64,000 nucleotides of DNA from Balanoglossus misakiensis. Taxonomy: Eukaryota; Animalia; Hemichordata. The position numbers and the translations under genes were made by a program. The stretch lies in assembly GCA_040954595.2 (NCBI GenBank), contig CM082593.2, positions 7,104,043-7,168,042 on the forward strand, in the 5' to 3' direction. Positions 1 to 12,393 of this stretch are shown here, in pieces (position 1 is the first letter of the stretch; each line of letters opens with the position of its first letter). Below the pieces are notes generated by a model that worked only from the letters and a program-made list of their open reading frames with translations, was not told where the DNA came from and searched no databases.

Positions 1-1206
1 GCTTCCAGATGGTTCTGGCCTCTACGATTGTGTTGTTACAAAATTTCTGATTATGATTATGTTTGCGTAAATATCGCTGAACCCCCATCCTCCCACCTCA
101 ATAAGATCGTAGGTTTTGTTGAACTTTTAGAATGAAGGGAAATTGTCAAATTGCCAGGTAGATAATCCAGAACCTTTGAATTCTTATTATATGCCGGAAA
201 TGTCGGGGTTCAACATTATTAAGCAAGAATAAAAATAAAGTTAATTCGCGACGTATACGAACACACGCTGGAAAATGCTATAAGTCACAGCCGCTGGTAT
301 TTCAAAATGAGCTCAAATTGGTTTTCGATCGTCTTCTCCTCAACTTATGCGGCGTACTTTTGAAAAACGCGTGTCTTCCAGTGACGTCTAAGGCAGAACA
401 GTCCACCCACGGGAACAAATATCGAGGCCCTTGCACGACAACAAGCCGACGAGTAAGTTACTTCGGTATGTTTGATGCCACGTGGTTAGTAAAGGGAAAA
501 CCTTGAGGATCCGCCCTGTGGGAGATTATTATTAAATTGACTTGGGTAGTTCTCTGCGCAACAAGGACTGTTATCTGCTGTTGGCGATATGCTCTGTAAT
601 TACTGGATATGATAAGGTTCACGCTGAAAAAAATGCGATTTCCAAAAGTTCTTGGGATTCGTAATGGTAGGGGTTTTTCGTCTTTGGAAGGTTAATACAC
701 GCGCAGTTAACCGTAGGAAAATAACCAAATCTTTTTCGATTATTATCGTGCATTAACTGTTGTTATACTGAACGGTCTTAGTCTCTCGAATTTGAAGACT
801 TGTTGACTGTTTTAGAGCGCAGTGTCTATTAAAACCCTATGGGCTGCAAGTTTTTGCGTTTTGGGGGACTTATTTCCAAACTTAATTAAGGTCAATATAG
901 ATTTACCTACAGAGGGATGAGTATGCAAGGACTGTAAACCTGACTAGGACTGCACGTGTCAGTTTGAACGAGAAAATATACTGTTGGTGCACATGCGCGA
1001 AGGATAAAATTAAATATGTCCGTCTGGCGGCCATTTTCTTACGATTCTTATGTCCAGCGCTATTTCTCAAATCATACCCCAGGTTTATTGTAATTCTTGC
1101 TAGAAGCTTTGCTTTGAACCCTTTTGCAGACATTCCAGATTTTTTTTTTCAATTCCTTTCTGAATTCCTTCAATCTTTTCTTGATTTCTTAACCACATGA
1201 CAACTG

Positions 1207-1207
1207 T

Positions 1208-1250
<43 letters not shown>

Positions 1251-1326
1251 CCACCACCACCACCAGTACCACCACCACCACCACCACCACGAACTACAAC
1301 AACAGCAACAACAACAACAACAACCA
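1207..1326. repeat. Compound trinucleotide microsatellite (ATC)n-(ACC)n-(AAC)n in a K2P intron
   Basis: Directly visible runs of atc, then acc, then aac units. Confidence 0.95.
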
Positions 1327-1416
1327 CTATTTTGCTCGTTCTTTGCCCTTCACATTTGAAAGACACACGAAAATCCCTTGGCTATAATAAATAACGGCTT
1401 ATTTTTTTGTCTCCAG

Positions 1417-1518
1417 GTTATGGCAGCATCGCGCCAATCTCTAATGGAGGACGTGCTTTCTGCATCTTCTTCGCAATGATCGGTATTCCATTGAATTTAT
1501 TAGTTCTCACTGACTTAG
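1417..1518 (+). CDS. K2P channel exon (pore 1 GYG + M2)
   Basis: ctccag|GTTATGGC ... GACTTAG|gtaagc; translates to GYGSIAPISNGGRAFCIFFAMIGIPLNLLVLTDL. Confidence 0.9.
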
Positions 1519-3582
1519 GTAAGCAGCGTGAGATTTTTGTGTCGCTTCCTGGCGGGAAAGATTAGCTTACCGCAAACTGTGAGTCTACGTCATAGAAGTC
1601 ACTGCCTTCACCGGCGGTTTTTGTTCGCCATCCGTCTTGCGGCAACAAAAGTTACAAAACAGAGCTACAAAAACAAATTCTACTCGAGGCCAAGTTGTGA
1701 AAAGGACGGTGGTTGAAATCTGTGATAATATCACAAACGTTTGGATACGTGTAAAGTGCTATGCTAGGGTTGGCAATTGAATTTCTGTCCGGACTAAAAT
1801 CCAATAGCCAACAATGAGAATACTGGTTATGAATGTATAGTCTTTGGAGGAAAGCTGAATACTGGATATGTCAAGAAATAACGGGTATTGGGCTCACAAA
1901 TAAAACATATTAATCATACAATCATAATTTGAGTTTTTAGGGATAGCGGTAACTTATTTCATACCGTGTATCCGCCATGTTGCTTTTATGTTTTCGTGGT
2001 GAAATTATGATTTTGGTTCTTTCTACCAGGTACGTTAATGGCGCGATGGGGCAAGATCCTTTCTGTGATCGTTGTCCACCAGTGCAAAAGATACAAACGC
2101 AAAGAGATTAAGAAGAAATCATCGGACGAAGGGGTGGTCCTGGACAGAATGCCGAACGAAGACAGCATCGATGTTCCCATAGCGATCGATCTGAACAGTT
2201 TCTCAGACAGCGGTATCGGCGAACATCAGATTCTGAACAACAACAGCGTGCCGAACACGCCGCAGCGGGTGCGGACCCGGCGCAGCGAGCTGGGCATGGA
2301 CGGCTACGTGAACGTCAACGACAGATCGGACGACGAGTTCGGCGCCGGCACTAGGGAGATCGTCACCATCGGCAGGCGCCCGCGGCGGCCCGGCATTCTG
2401 GCGGAGGACGAAATGCGGCGACTGGTGCTGTCGAGGACGAGCAGGAGTCAGATAATGGCCGACGGGTGGCCGGACTCGCCCAAGACGCGCATCATGAGCA
2501 ACATCCCGTTCGCCCGCGAGATGAGCAACGTGAGCGGGCTGAGCGAAGAGGAGAACGAGAACGACAACAACGACGAGGAAAGCGCGGACAATTCCAAAGA
2601 ATCAGAAATTGCCAAAGTCAACTTTCCCATCTGGTTCTGCCTCCTCTTGCTGGTCTTCTACGTGGCGTTTGGCGCGCTGATACAGACGTCGGTGGAGGAG
2701 TGGAACTTCTTCGAGAGTTTTTATTTTTGCTTCATCACACTGAGCACCATCGGCTTTGGAGACTTCGTACCGCGCCACAAGGACGAGGTCATGATCGGGA
2801 CGGTTGTGTACGCCGTGGTGGGACTTGCCTACACGTCGATGTGCATCAGTCTCGCCTCTGCCAAACTAATGCAACTGATTCGGATGATAGGGTCCAAAAT
2901 GAACTACTACAAGACACGGCAGTGGATGAATATACAGGCCAAGCGGAGAAAAAAGAAGCGACGGAGGAAAATCGCGACGCATTTGAGGCCGGACATAACG
3001 CAGTTGAACCCGGAGAGCTTTGCCCCTGTTCACAGAAAGTCTGTGAGCAGCAAAACCTCCGACCAAAATGACGAAGGCTCGGGATCTGACTCGGATTCCG
3101 ACTCCAACAAATCGTCGCATAGCGACGGGGGTAGCAGATCCGGCTCCGAACGACGAAAAAGCGACCAAAGCTCCAACGACGACAGAATTGCAAAAACTCC
3201 ACCGCCGACGAGGAAGAGACGACGAGGAAATCAGTGCGTGATGATCGACATGACTTATCGCCTCAGCGACGCCTCGGACTCGGACGGCGGCCAAATCGGC
3301 ACCTCCCGAACAACCACCCCGGACAGGTCGCGCGAATTGGCCTACGAAGGCCTCGCCCTCCTCTACGGCAACGACGACATCCGGACCTCGCACGACTTCC
3401 TCGTGGGTGCCGGGAACGACAACGACCCGGACGACGAGCTCTCCGACGCCTCGCAAGGTCACGAGTATCAATGTGCCAAAATTGTCGACGACATCGTCAC
3501 CGTAGCCAAGAATGGCATGGAAGAACACTTGAACTCTGGTGCCTTTGACGATGATGACGTCATCATAGAAACTTCGTGCTAG
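1417..3582 (+). CDS. Two-pore-domain potassium channel (K2P/KCNK/TWiK family, TRESK/KCNK18-like architecture), 3' part; 5' exons lie outside the window
   Basis: join(1417..1518,2030..3582). The first exon encodes the P1 filter and M2 (GYGSIAPISNGGRAFCIFFAMIGIPLNLLVLTDLG). The last exon encodes the long loop, M3, P2 (WNFFESFYFCFITLSTIGFGDFVP), M4 and the C-tail. The phase-1 GT-AG intron keeps the frame. Confidence 0.92.
2030..3582 (+). CDS. K2P channel terminal exon (M2-M3 loop, M3, pore 2 GFG, M4, C-tail)
   Basis: Acceptor ttctaccag|G at 2030 is in frame with ORF 2038..3582; TIGFGDFVP filter motif. Confidence 0.93.
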
Positions 3583-4035
3583 ACCTTACAAACCGCTCTA
3601 TAGTTTCCAAGGCAACATCTGTGTTCTCAGTCTTACTTATAATGTCTTTCATGGAAAAAATGCCAACATTTAAATGAATTTCTTGGAACTATACAGCCTA
3701 CCTGAAGTATTAAAACTCTTGCAAACAGACAATGTGGAGAAAAGCGTATCGAAATAGCTTCTCTCCGAGACTGCTTATTTGAATTACCTACGTCTCCAAG
3801 GGTGACGTCATAACCTTTGAATTGAAGGTCGCCAACATGGCCCCAGAAAACGACGAGACTCTCGCCAAATGCATTGGTCAATTACAAGAAAGTAAACGTA
3901 TTACTGACCAAGAGAGTAATATACGTTTTATCGCAGGGCAACGGGCTTTAAGGCGTCCGCTGACAGGTTTTGGACGAGTGTTATTTATTTACAATACAAC
4001 CGTACGTTCAAACTCTGACGTTTAACAGGTTTACA

Positions 4036-4199
4036 CAATCTGATTAAAAGCAGATGTAAAGTTAGGCGCCGTCTTTACTTTTGCTGGTCCTTCGCTATTC
4101 CTTTCGCCGTAGAGTGGCGCGTGAACGGCCAAGACAGAGAACAGAACAGCCAAAACCTATCGCCAGCTCCTAACTCTACATCTGATTTTAAACAGATTG
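4036..4199. mobile_element. MITE family A, copy 1 (TIR ~30 bp, 10-bp TSD)
   Basis: Ends caatctgattaaaagcagatgtaaagttagg ... cctaactctacatctgattttaaacagattg; flanked by the direct repeat caggtttaca (4026-4035, 4200-4209); second copy at 56068-56249. Confidence 0.85.
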
Positions 4200-7100
4200 C
4201 AGGTTTACAGAACCCTCCTTGGGATTTGTTCCCAGGGTCACTCCACCTGTAATTGAGGAGGGAGGGCTGATGGCACTAATGTTGTGACGATGATACATAT
4301 ACATGTAGTCAGGCCAGGAAGGTGCTTCGTGTTTATTTTTGCTTAGAATTCTGTTTCCTTTTTTATAACCGATAAAGGAGTCATTGAGCGTCCGATATAA
4401 CGGTGACCACAAAATGATAACTTTTGTATAAATTCTCACGCAGTTTCAATATCACAAATAATTAATTACAACACATTTTCATGTCATCAGTATTCTTTTC
4501 ATGTAGTTTTGCATGTGTTGCACATAGTTTCGTTGCTAAGTCAGAATTTTGTTTGTTTTTAAAGATTTCAAAGAGGAGAAATACACTCTAATTTCTCGAA
4601 GACGTTATTGATATTATTAGTTTTTGTTTAAAAACAACAACCAAGAACTGAAACCATAATGGTAATCATGTATTTTGACTAGAGGACCAACCGCATATGT
4701 ATTTGAAATCATAAATTGCTGCCAAGCACTGTCAAATCTCTTTGGGGAAGTTATATTAGACACAATTGTTGATGCGTAAACAATGAAAACGATTCAAAGC
4801 GTCACGGTCGTCAAGCGCGCATGCTCGGAGCACAGTAGCTGGTTACTTTATAAGGGGAAAAGTTATTATTTCTTTATATAGCATTCCCATCTCTTGCCAA
4901 TATACAATGTTTGGATAGGTCTGTGACATCTGGAGATGCAGCCAGCATATTCCAGTAAGAATATCTAGTTTACTACTTGAAGAAACGTAGCGGTAAGCTT
5001 AAACCACACAAGTCTAATGAGTTCCTGGAAAAATACCTCAAAATATGATCGCCATACTACACAATTTCGCGAGAGTCAAGACTAGACAAGATATACATTT
5101 AGGCGAAGGTACTCTTAGTCTTAAGCAATACTATAAACGCACCGGTCTGCATTCACCAACAACCTCTGCAGCAAGAACAATTTATTGTGCAAGGATGTGG
5201 TTATATCGCAATGGCGCGTGCGTTCCCGGGTTTCAGGAAAGACTTTGAGAAAGTCAGTTACAGAGAACGTTTATGTCCTCGCTAAATGGGGCCAGTACTC
5301 GCGCCAACACTGACACGCTTTAAAGTGCTAATGGTGTAGTTAATGGGTGGCAAGAGCAAAGTTTGATGGTATCCTGTCAAGAAAGACATGTGAGACCATG
5401 CCGACATGGGAGCTTTTAGGAAAAACTACTGTGTACATGTTTAATACCGGCAACCGGACTTACTCACTTTCAAACCCGCTAACCTGTGATATTTCCGCAC
5501 ATGCGCATGAACGCAAAGTTCTTCAAACCCTGGACAATTTTACTAAAATCTGCATTTCCCATTTTCGGGGGGAGATTCCTAAAGTCATGATAACAATCGC
5601 GGCAAAAGTTACCGACCTATACTATATATATCTTTCTAGAAGACATCGCGTAGGAAACCCAGGCATAAGTCATGATCTTGCCTTGATTTTTCTGAAGGCA
5701 GTCAAAACGACATTCTGTATGCCGAAGAATTTCTAAAAGATGAATGGCCGCTTAGTCACCGCCATAGAATATAATCTGCACATATGATCGTCTGCTGGAA
5801 ATAAACGGCGGGAATCCGTTCGTCATTAGCAGTTACTATGACATTAGACTGAACTTATCAACTTTTTATCTTCCATACATCAAAACCGCCCTTAGAGCTG
5901 AAATCTCACAACCCATTATTTTTGTCAAACGATACTTCCGTTTTGTACGAACGATAGACGTAGTCTGTTTGTTGCGAAGGCTCTGTATTCGGGGCAGTAG
6001 GTAGCATAATTGTGAAAAATAGCGTCCCGGTGTCTTGAAGGCGCCCTTGAGTTTAAATAGCAATAACCGTCCGTATTTGTCTCAATGTGTAAATACCACA
6101 GCTACAATGCGAATATTATCCGAATCCTCACTGACATATATAGGTACATTTAAGCGACATCAACTGAACAGTATCGAAATTATTAGTACTAAAATAATCA
6201 CATCTCCTATAATTGTTCTAGAATTCATATTCTGTCCTGGGAAGTATTTTCATGGAACAGTGTTGTGGCGACTGGGGGGGGGGGGTCCAGTCATATTTAC
6301 ATGCCTGAAAGGTTTGGAAATCTGTGATCACGTGAACAAGTGCTGTTTGGAGCATGATGGAATATTTTTGGTCAAATAATACGCGTGACCTATCCAGGCT
6401 CTGGATTTTACTGAGCGAGCCGAAGAATCTAAATTACTTACGTGACCGGGTCATCAAGCCCAGAGCTTTAATATAACATGTTTGAGAATATTTTGATTGC
6501 GATTCTTAGAAAACAAGAATTCTTCCATTTTCTGTCAGTTTCGTTTCAGTTGTCGTTTGGGTATCTCCAATACCGAGGCCGAAATCAGTTGAAATAAGTC
6601 TCGGGAGGGACCTGGACATTTTATCGGTTATCGAGAGAATTGTACTTTATTACCCAGTTTCAGTAATATTTCCTTGATAACAGGTGGCAATGTTTAGCTT
6701 TTCCTTGTGTCACACTGTGCTATTACAGTACGTATATGCAAAGATAGATGCGCTATTTCCCAGCATAGACAGTGGCTCTCCATTGTCTATGTTCCTGGCG
6801 GGTACAACAGTAGTTTTAATACATTTTCTTGGAAATAATCACGAGCGGAGACTGTACCTAAGGCAGTGATTTTTCTGCAAGAGTAACAGGGATGGCGAGA
6901 GAGGCTGGGACTGAGCAAAACATTCCTGTTCTAAGGGGGAAATTCTACTGGGTCGAGAAAAGTTAGAGCTAGGTCTGGCGGTATATGTTGGATTAGCGGA
7001 ATTTTCGCGACTGTACCCCAGCCAGCTAAATTCCCCATATTGATACGTTACAGAACATCTTACCTTATACCTCCAGGCGTTTCATCAGATTTTTACAGTC

Positions 7101-9229
7101 ATTTGTCGGAGAACCGTCCTGCATTCTCCCCCAACCTCCGGGGCAGTGGCTTGGGTCAATTCAACGGTATATCGTAAGCAATTTCTTAAATGCGTCCCGT
7201 GGGGAGGGATTTCGTCCTACGGCAGAGATTAAATATTCAATCAGCGTTAAGTTATGGAGATGGGGTCGGTTGTACAAAAGGTACGTCAAAGTATGGTTAT
7301 GGTATATTTTTCACGGGTCATCGGAGCATTGATAAGTACACTATGCGGTATGATTCTGTCCAGAGCACAGACAAAGTGTCTGTGTAGTCGAGGGAAATTG
7401 TCCATCTTTATGGTTCGCAGAGGAAAGTGTGTAAGTAGTGGCCGATTTTGGAGGTGAGACGGTGCGTCTTGGAATTAAAGTACCCCGTGGCTGGTTGGGG
7501 GAAAATGGCCGCCTTGGGAAATGTCGGCTGTGCATGAAAGGAGGTATAGCCGAGCGGCGGAGTGAGTCGGGCTCCTCGGCGAATTTGTCTGCTTCAGAGG
7601 ACTTTGGGTAAACATGGAGGTTTTCGAGAGTTTCATTTTACAGATATCTTTACAGATCTTAACACTTTTCGTGTAGAAAATGCGATTTGCTCTTTGTCGA
7701 AAAACGTTGTCGCCTTGGCAACGGATCTGACAGGAGGTGAAATGCTCGGTCGCCATCTTGGAGGGCACTGGTAGATTCAGTGAAACTTTCACTTTCGGAA
7801 ATAGGCTAACGACTGCGCTTTTTATGCAGACGACATGAACACGATTTCTACTGGATGGGTCGATTCGTCATAGCACGTACTAAGTATCGGACATAGCAAT
7901 CTCTCGTTATTAATGCATGCATATTGCCGACGGCAGTAAGAAAAATGGACCATGTTACTTTACACGATGACAACTTGAACACCACTTGCTGAAGTTCTAT
8001 CTGAACAACAAGGAACAAAACGATGCAAATCGTTAGGGCCAAACCTGTCTACAATTCAAAATGATCACGAGCCAGATGTCACGAATCCCCTCTCAACTAC
8101 AAAGAAAAACATTTTAACATATCGTTGTTTGTTTCCTTGAAAACGAAGCCATAAACATCACCCTTCCCCCTTTTTACAGTATTCACAGTGTCAGTTCCCG
8201 CAGTTTATCAGTTCATTAATACGAGAATGGCGTTTGGAACTGATCTTGTTTTTTTCGAATCTCTCCTCAAGCACTGACCTCTGATAAACACCGACGACAT
8301 CCTTCTAATTGAACAAAGTGCAGCGAACAACAAGACACGAAATGTGACCATATCTGGGAAAATGTCCCCTTTTCTGACAAAAAATGGCCGCGGGTGTCAA
8401 TAAACTCCGACCTTGAACGGTGCATGCTATGACAAACAAGTTCAATGTTCTGACTGTCGCTAAAATCTCCAAATTAAAACAAATCTATATCGAGTTAGAG
8501 GCGATCATTTTCGATGAAATCTTCTTCAGTCTCCCTAGCTGCTGGTGTTTTTCTCAAAAATATCGGCACATGCATTTCTCCCGTAAAATAATTTCCCCGC
8601 TATCAACATCATATCCGTACGTGTCGTGAAAAATGCAACACGTATAGACCTCCCATTTTATCGAACATGACCAGTCCATGCATGCTTGTCATTGTTAATG
8701 GAGAGCGGGAAAGGGTTCGCAATAATGATCAAGATTCGTTTTCAAATATCATTAAAATAATTGTAAATTTGATAACTTTAAGGGAAAAAATCTATTTTGA
8801 CCCCCATGCCTATGATTACCAGGAAACCCGAGTAAAACTTTCACTTTAGATAATTCAAAGTCGGCATCTTAATTGAAATGATATTTAATGTAGTTTGTGT
8901 TATTACACATTCATTTTATTTGTACGGCTGTTCAAATTTTCCGTTCAGTCGAAAGAAAATGTTTAATTTAAAATCCAACTGCAAATGTTCTGTAATTTAA
9001 AACAGATTTTCGTCTATTATTTCATGAAATGTTCGCTAGTTGTGTATTTATGCCTTTACTCAATATTTCGTTATGTTTACATTATAATACATGGTATTGA
9101 CTTCGAGGCTTATGTCGGCCATTCTATTTCATCTCGCCGCGGGGCTCAGAACATCTGCCATTGTTTGCCTGTGGCCCACCTGTTAACATCTTAATCGAGA
9201 ATCTTTTTTTAGTTTTTCAACACGCAGCC

Positions 9230-9450
9230 TAGGGATACCATTTGATATTAAGGAAGGGGTGTCTGGTGGAAATAGTCCAGAAAACAGAGATCAATTCTCG
9301 GTACAGTCGGAAGAAAAATAAGTTTAAGCTAAATTTCTATGGAGGAGAACATTGTGACAGTAGTAAATTAGCGATCGACATCCCTTACGGGAACATTTTT
9401 TGGGAAATGCCCCCCCCCCCCTCTCCCCGATACCACTTGGTTATCCCTTA
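9230..9450. mobile_element. Degenerate MITE-like element (PIF/Harbinger-like ends)
   Basis: Imperfect inverted ends tagggataccatttgatat ... ataccacttggttatccctta. Confidence 0.4.
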
Positions 9451-11295
9451 TGGTATTTTCTAACCGACCTGGGGTAGCTTTCATTTGCGAAAACTGAAAA
9501 CACTGCTGACGAAAAAAGCTCAATGACAACTTCCGTACACGTGAATTTTCTCTGCCGACCAAAATATCACAGCACATTTACAACAAAATATGTGCATGCA
9601 TGTTTCAGACATTACACTTTGTGATTAAATATTCCTCAGTGACGTTATAACGCGGACTGCTTATGTACAAAGTCAGCTGCCTGTCGCAACAACTGGAACA
9701 AGCTTTATATAGATAGTCGAGACTTGCATTCTAGTGCTTGCTCAGTCTTGTACATACAAATGCAGCTGTATATAAAACGAACGCATGTTTCTTGCCCGCG
9801 TCTAACCACCTGTTCAATATGCGAGATTACTATAATTGTTCTTCCTACCTACCTACCCGATACTAAACATTCTCCCTAGGCCTACTCGTACTCGCAATCC
9901 ACGTTTCACAATATCCGGTCCTCGCACAAGTCACCTCAAACACACATATACAACCCCGGATTTAAAAAAATACAAATCAGCTTTTTAACAGAAATTGCCA
10001 AAGTCTTTACATCGCCCCCCCCCCCTCGTCACCTTTTCCTCCCTTTAATCTGACCTTCCTCGTTCTTTCATGTTTTAAATCAAAGTGCAAGTGTCATTCT
10101 AGCTTAACTTAATCTTAATCTCCAGATCTTTTTTCCACCTCCTCGTCTATCCATCGGATTACAGCATTAGCAGTACAGAGGTTAGATCTCCAGTAATAAC
10201 CTGTGGGTTTTTTTTCCTAGGCAGTAGTGTACATATCAATTTTCGGCCATATTGGCTAATTCTTCGGTATAAACCATACTTTTCAGACATGTACAATCTT
10301 TTTTATAATGAATAAACGTGTATAATTGTCAAGGAATGATGTAAATTATGTCATTTTTTTCATTCCACGCACAATTATGATGGGGTAAATTTCTTTCAGA
10401 GAGGTAAGCATGTTTTAGCATGGCAATCTTGGCCAACAAAGTTATTACATGTATTCCCCCGGCTTTGCTTCTGTTAGTAAATTAAAGAATTAGATTCGGA
10501 CACAAATCGCAAGCATGTAATGTATACCAACGCTGATTACCATCGATTTCGCTTCCAATATGAAAGTCAGCACGCGACACCGTTTGCGGCAGACGGGGCT
10601 GTTTCAGGGCAGTCAAAACGCAGCAATAGGAGGAGACAGATTTTCTGCGCGATGTCCCCCCAAAAAGCAGGGCTCAAAATAGTTCTTAAATCTCCAATCA
10701 TACACGTCCATATGCCATTATTTCTCGCAGCTAAGAAATGCAGGCAAAGGCACAGCAAATTTCCAGCTTTTTTTATAGGGTTTAAATCTATAATCTTCTC
10801 TCTCTCTCAAATAAAAAAATGAATAAAAATAAGTGACAGCCGCGCGACTACTTGATACAAATTCAGACGTAATACCGACGGCCTTTGTTAGGATTATGGT
10901 GAAATATTAAAAATACATAATCCCGAACTTGGAGTTAAGCATGTCTCCTTCATTTTGACTAATACTGACTGACAGCTTTCTTGATGGAAACACGCATCTT
11001 GCTTTCGCAAAAAATGTGACAATTCCATGTGAATAAAATTGTTCCCCTTAAGTATATTATCATATTACTAAAATCACTGTAAGATTTCCTTTAGTGAATA
11101 TTACTGCGGACAGCCATGACCAGTGACTTAATTGCTAAATTTCTTAAATTGCGGGCTCAAGAGCTGTAATCTTTTGAAATATTTCCATGATCTTACTTTT
11201 TATCAATTAATTAAAATTAATTGATATAAACGTAATCACTGAGGGACGTGTATGCATGTTATACTAACCACAGAGGGGAACTGGAATCGTATGTG

Positions 11296-11483
11296 AAAGG
11301 GACAAAGTCTCTCTCTCGCTGCCCTTTTTCCATTAATAATGTGTGATACAAGACAACGTTGAAGTTGTGTGTGGTCGAACGTTGAATCACTATATATCCA
11401 CATGTAGAATAACATAAACAGTGTCTTGTATCAAATATAATTAGTGGAAAAAGGGCAGTTAGAGAGAGACTTTGTCCCTTTAA
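11296..11483. mobile_element. MITE with ~40-bp TIRs (Kolobok-like AAAGGG...CCCTTTAA ends)
   Basis: aaagggacaaagtctctctctcgctgccctttttcca ... tggaaaaagggcagttagagagagactttgtccctttaa form a near-perfect inverted repeat. Confidence 0.75.
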
Positions 11484-12204
11484 GATATATAATATGTGGG
11501 TGTCCCACACAAATATGGCCGCCTTCATGCCAAAAATCCCACACTATGGAATGGTATATATGCACATTATAAACTCAATGGAAACAGCATGTTGATATCC
11601 ACTGGACAGCATGGAAACTGTAAAACAACACTTGGCAGGAAATTTTGAACAAAAACTTTAAAATTTACCTATGAGTTTCACCTGAAATGACTATTCTTGG
11701 AAGGGAATAAAGGCTACATTATTCCACAGGTTAGTATCTGAAAATTAAAAGAAATTTTGATGTCATCTATGATCTAATTATATTGGCTTGCAAGCTCATG
11801 GGTCCTTAATGAATCTATAATTAGCCTCCATTATAATTGAAACTATGATAAACACATGTCTGTGAAGTTTTATTATATGAAAAAGTAAAAGTAAAACAAA
11901 TCTTTTAATGTATAAATAAAATATATGGTGTAAAAATACTTTAATGTGAATATTTAAAATTAAGTCTTACTCAATGAGAAAATCAACATCATACACACCA
12001 AATATGACATAATTTTCTAAGGAAAATAGGCTTGGTTGTAAAAAAAATTATTTCCATGTCAGAGTCAAATATAAAGATATGTTGGCACTTTATTATTAAA
12101 AAAAACAAAGGAAATAAACAAAACAAAGAAAACAATAAGGACATTATACAGCAATTTCCTGGATGTCACAGTTCGCTAACAAACCTTGTTGAGAAGAGAA
12201 ATGG

Positions 12205-12393
12205 CTATTTTGTTTCTGTTTGAGTTCTTCTCTGAAACTTCCGTTTTGCAACTTCAAGCATGTCCTTATACGGTGTCTCACTCTCATTTGGGGTCTTTGG
12301 TATTCTGCATATTCTCCTGGCTTTGGGTGATTTCAGTAAAATATTCTGGCCCAGTCCGAACAGGCTTGATGTCGCCCAATAGAGTGACATGGC
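12205..12393 (-). CDS. COX18: COX18 exon 5 (terminal)
   Basis: cacacag|GCC ATG TCA; AMSLYWATSSLFGLGQNILLKSP...stop. Confidence 0.9.
   Translation of the reverse strand, partial: AMSLYWATSSLFGLGQNILLKSPKARRICRIPKTPNESETPYKDMLEVAKRKFQRRTQTETK

Noticed and set aside
1100-1394. ORFs with poly-V/G/D and poly-S/P/T tracts
   Set aside because: Translations of the compound microsatellite inside a K2P intron
2466-3548. Long overlapping and antisense ORFs (201, 220, 118, 104 aa)
   Set aside because: Shadows of the GC-rich K2P coding exon; no recognisable domains
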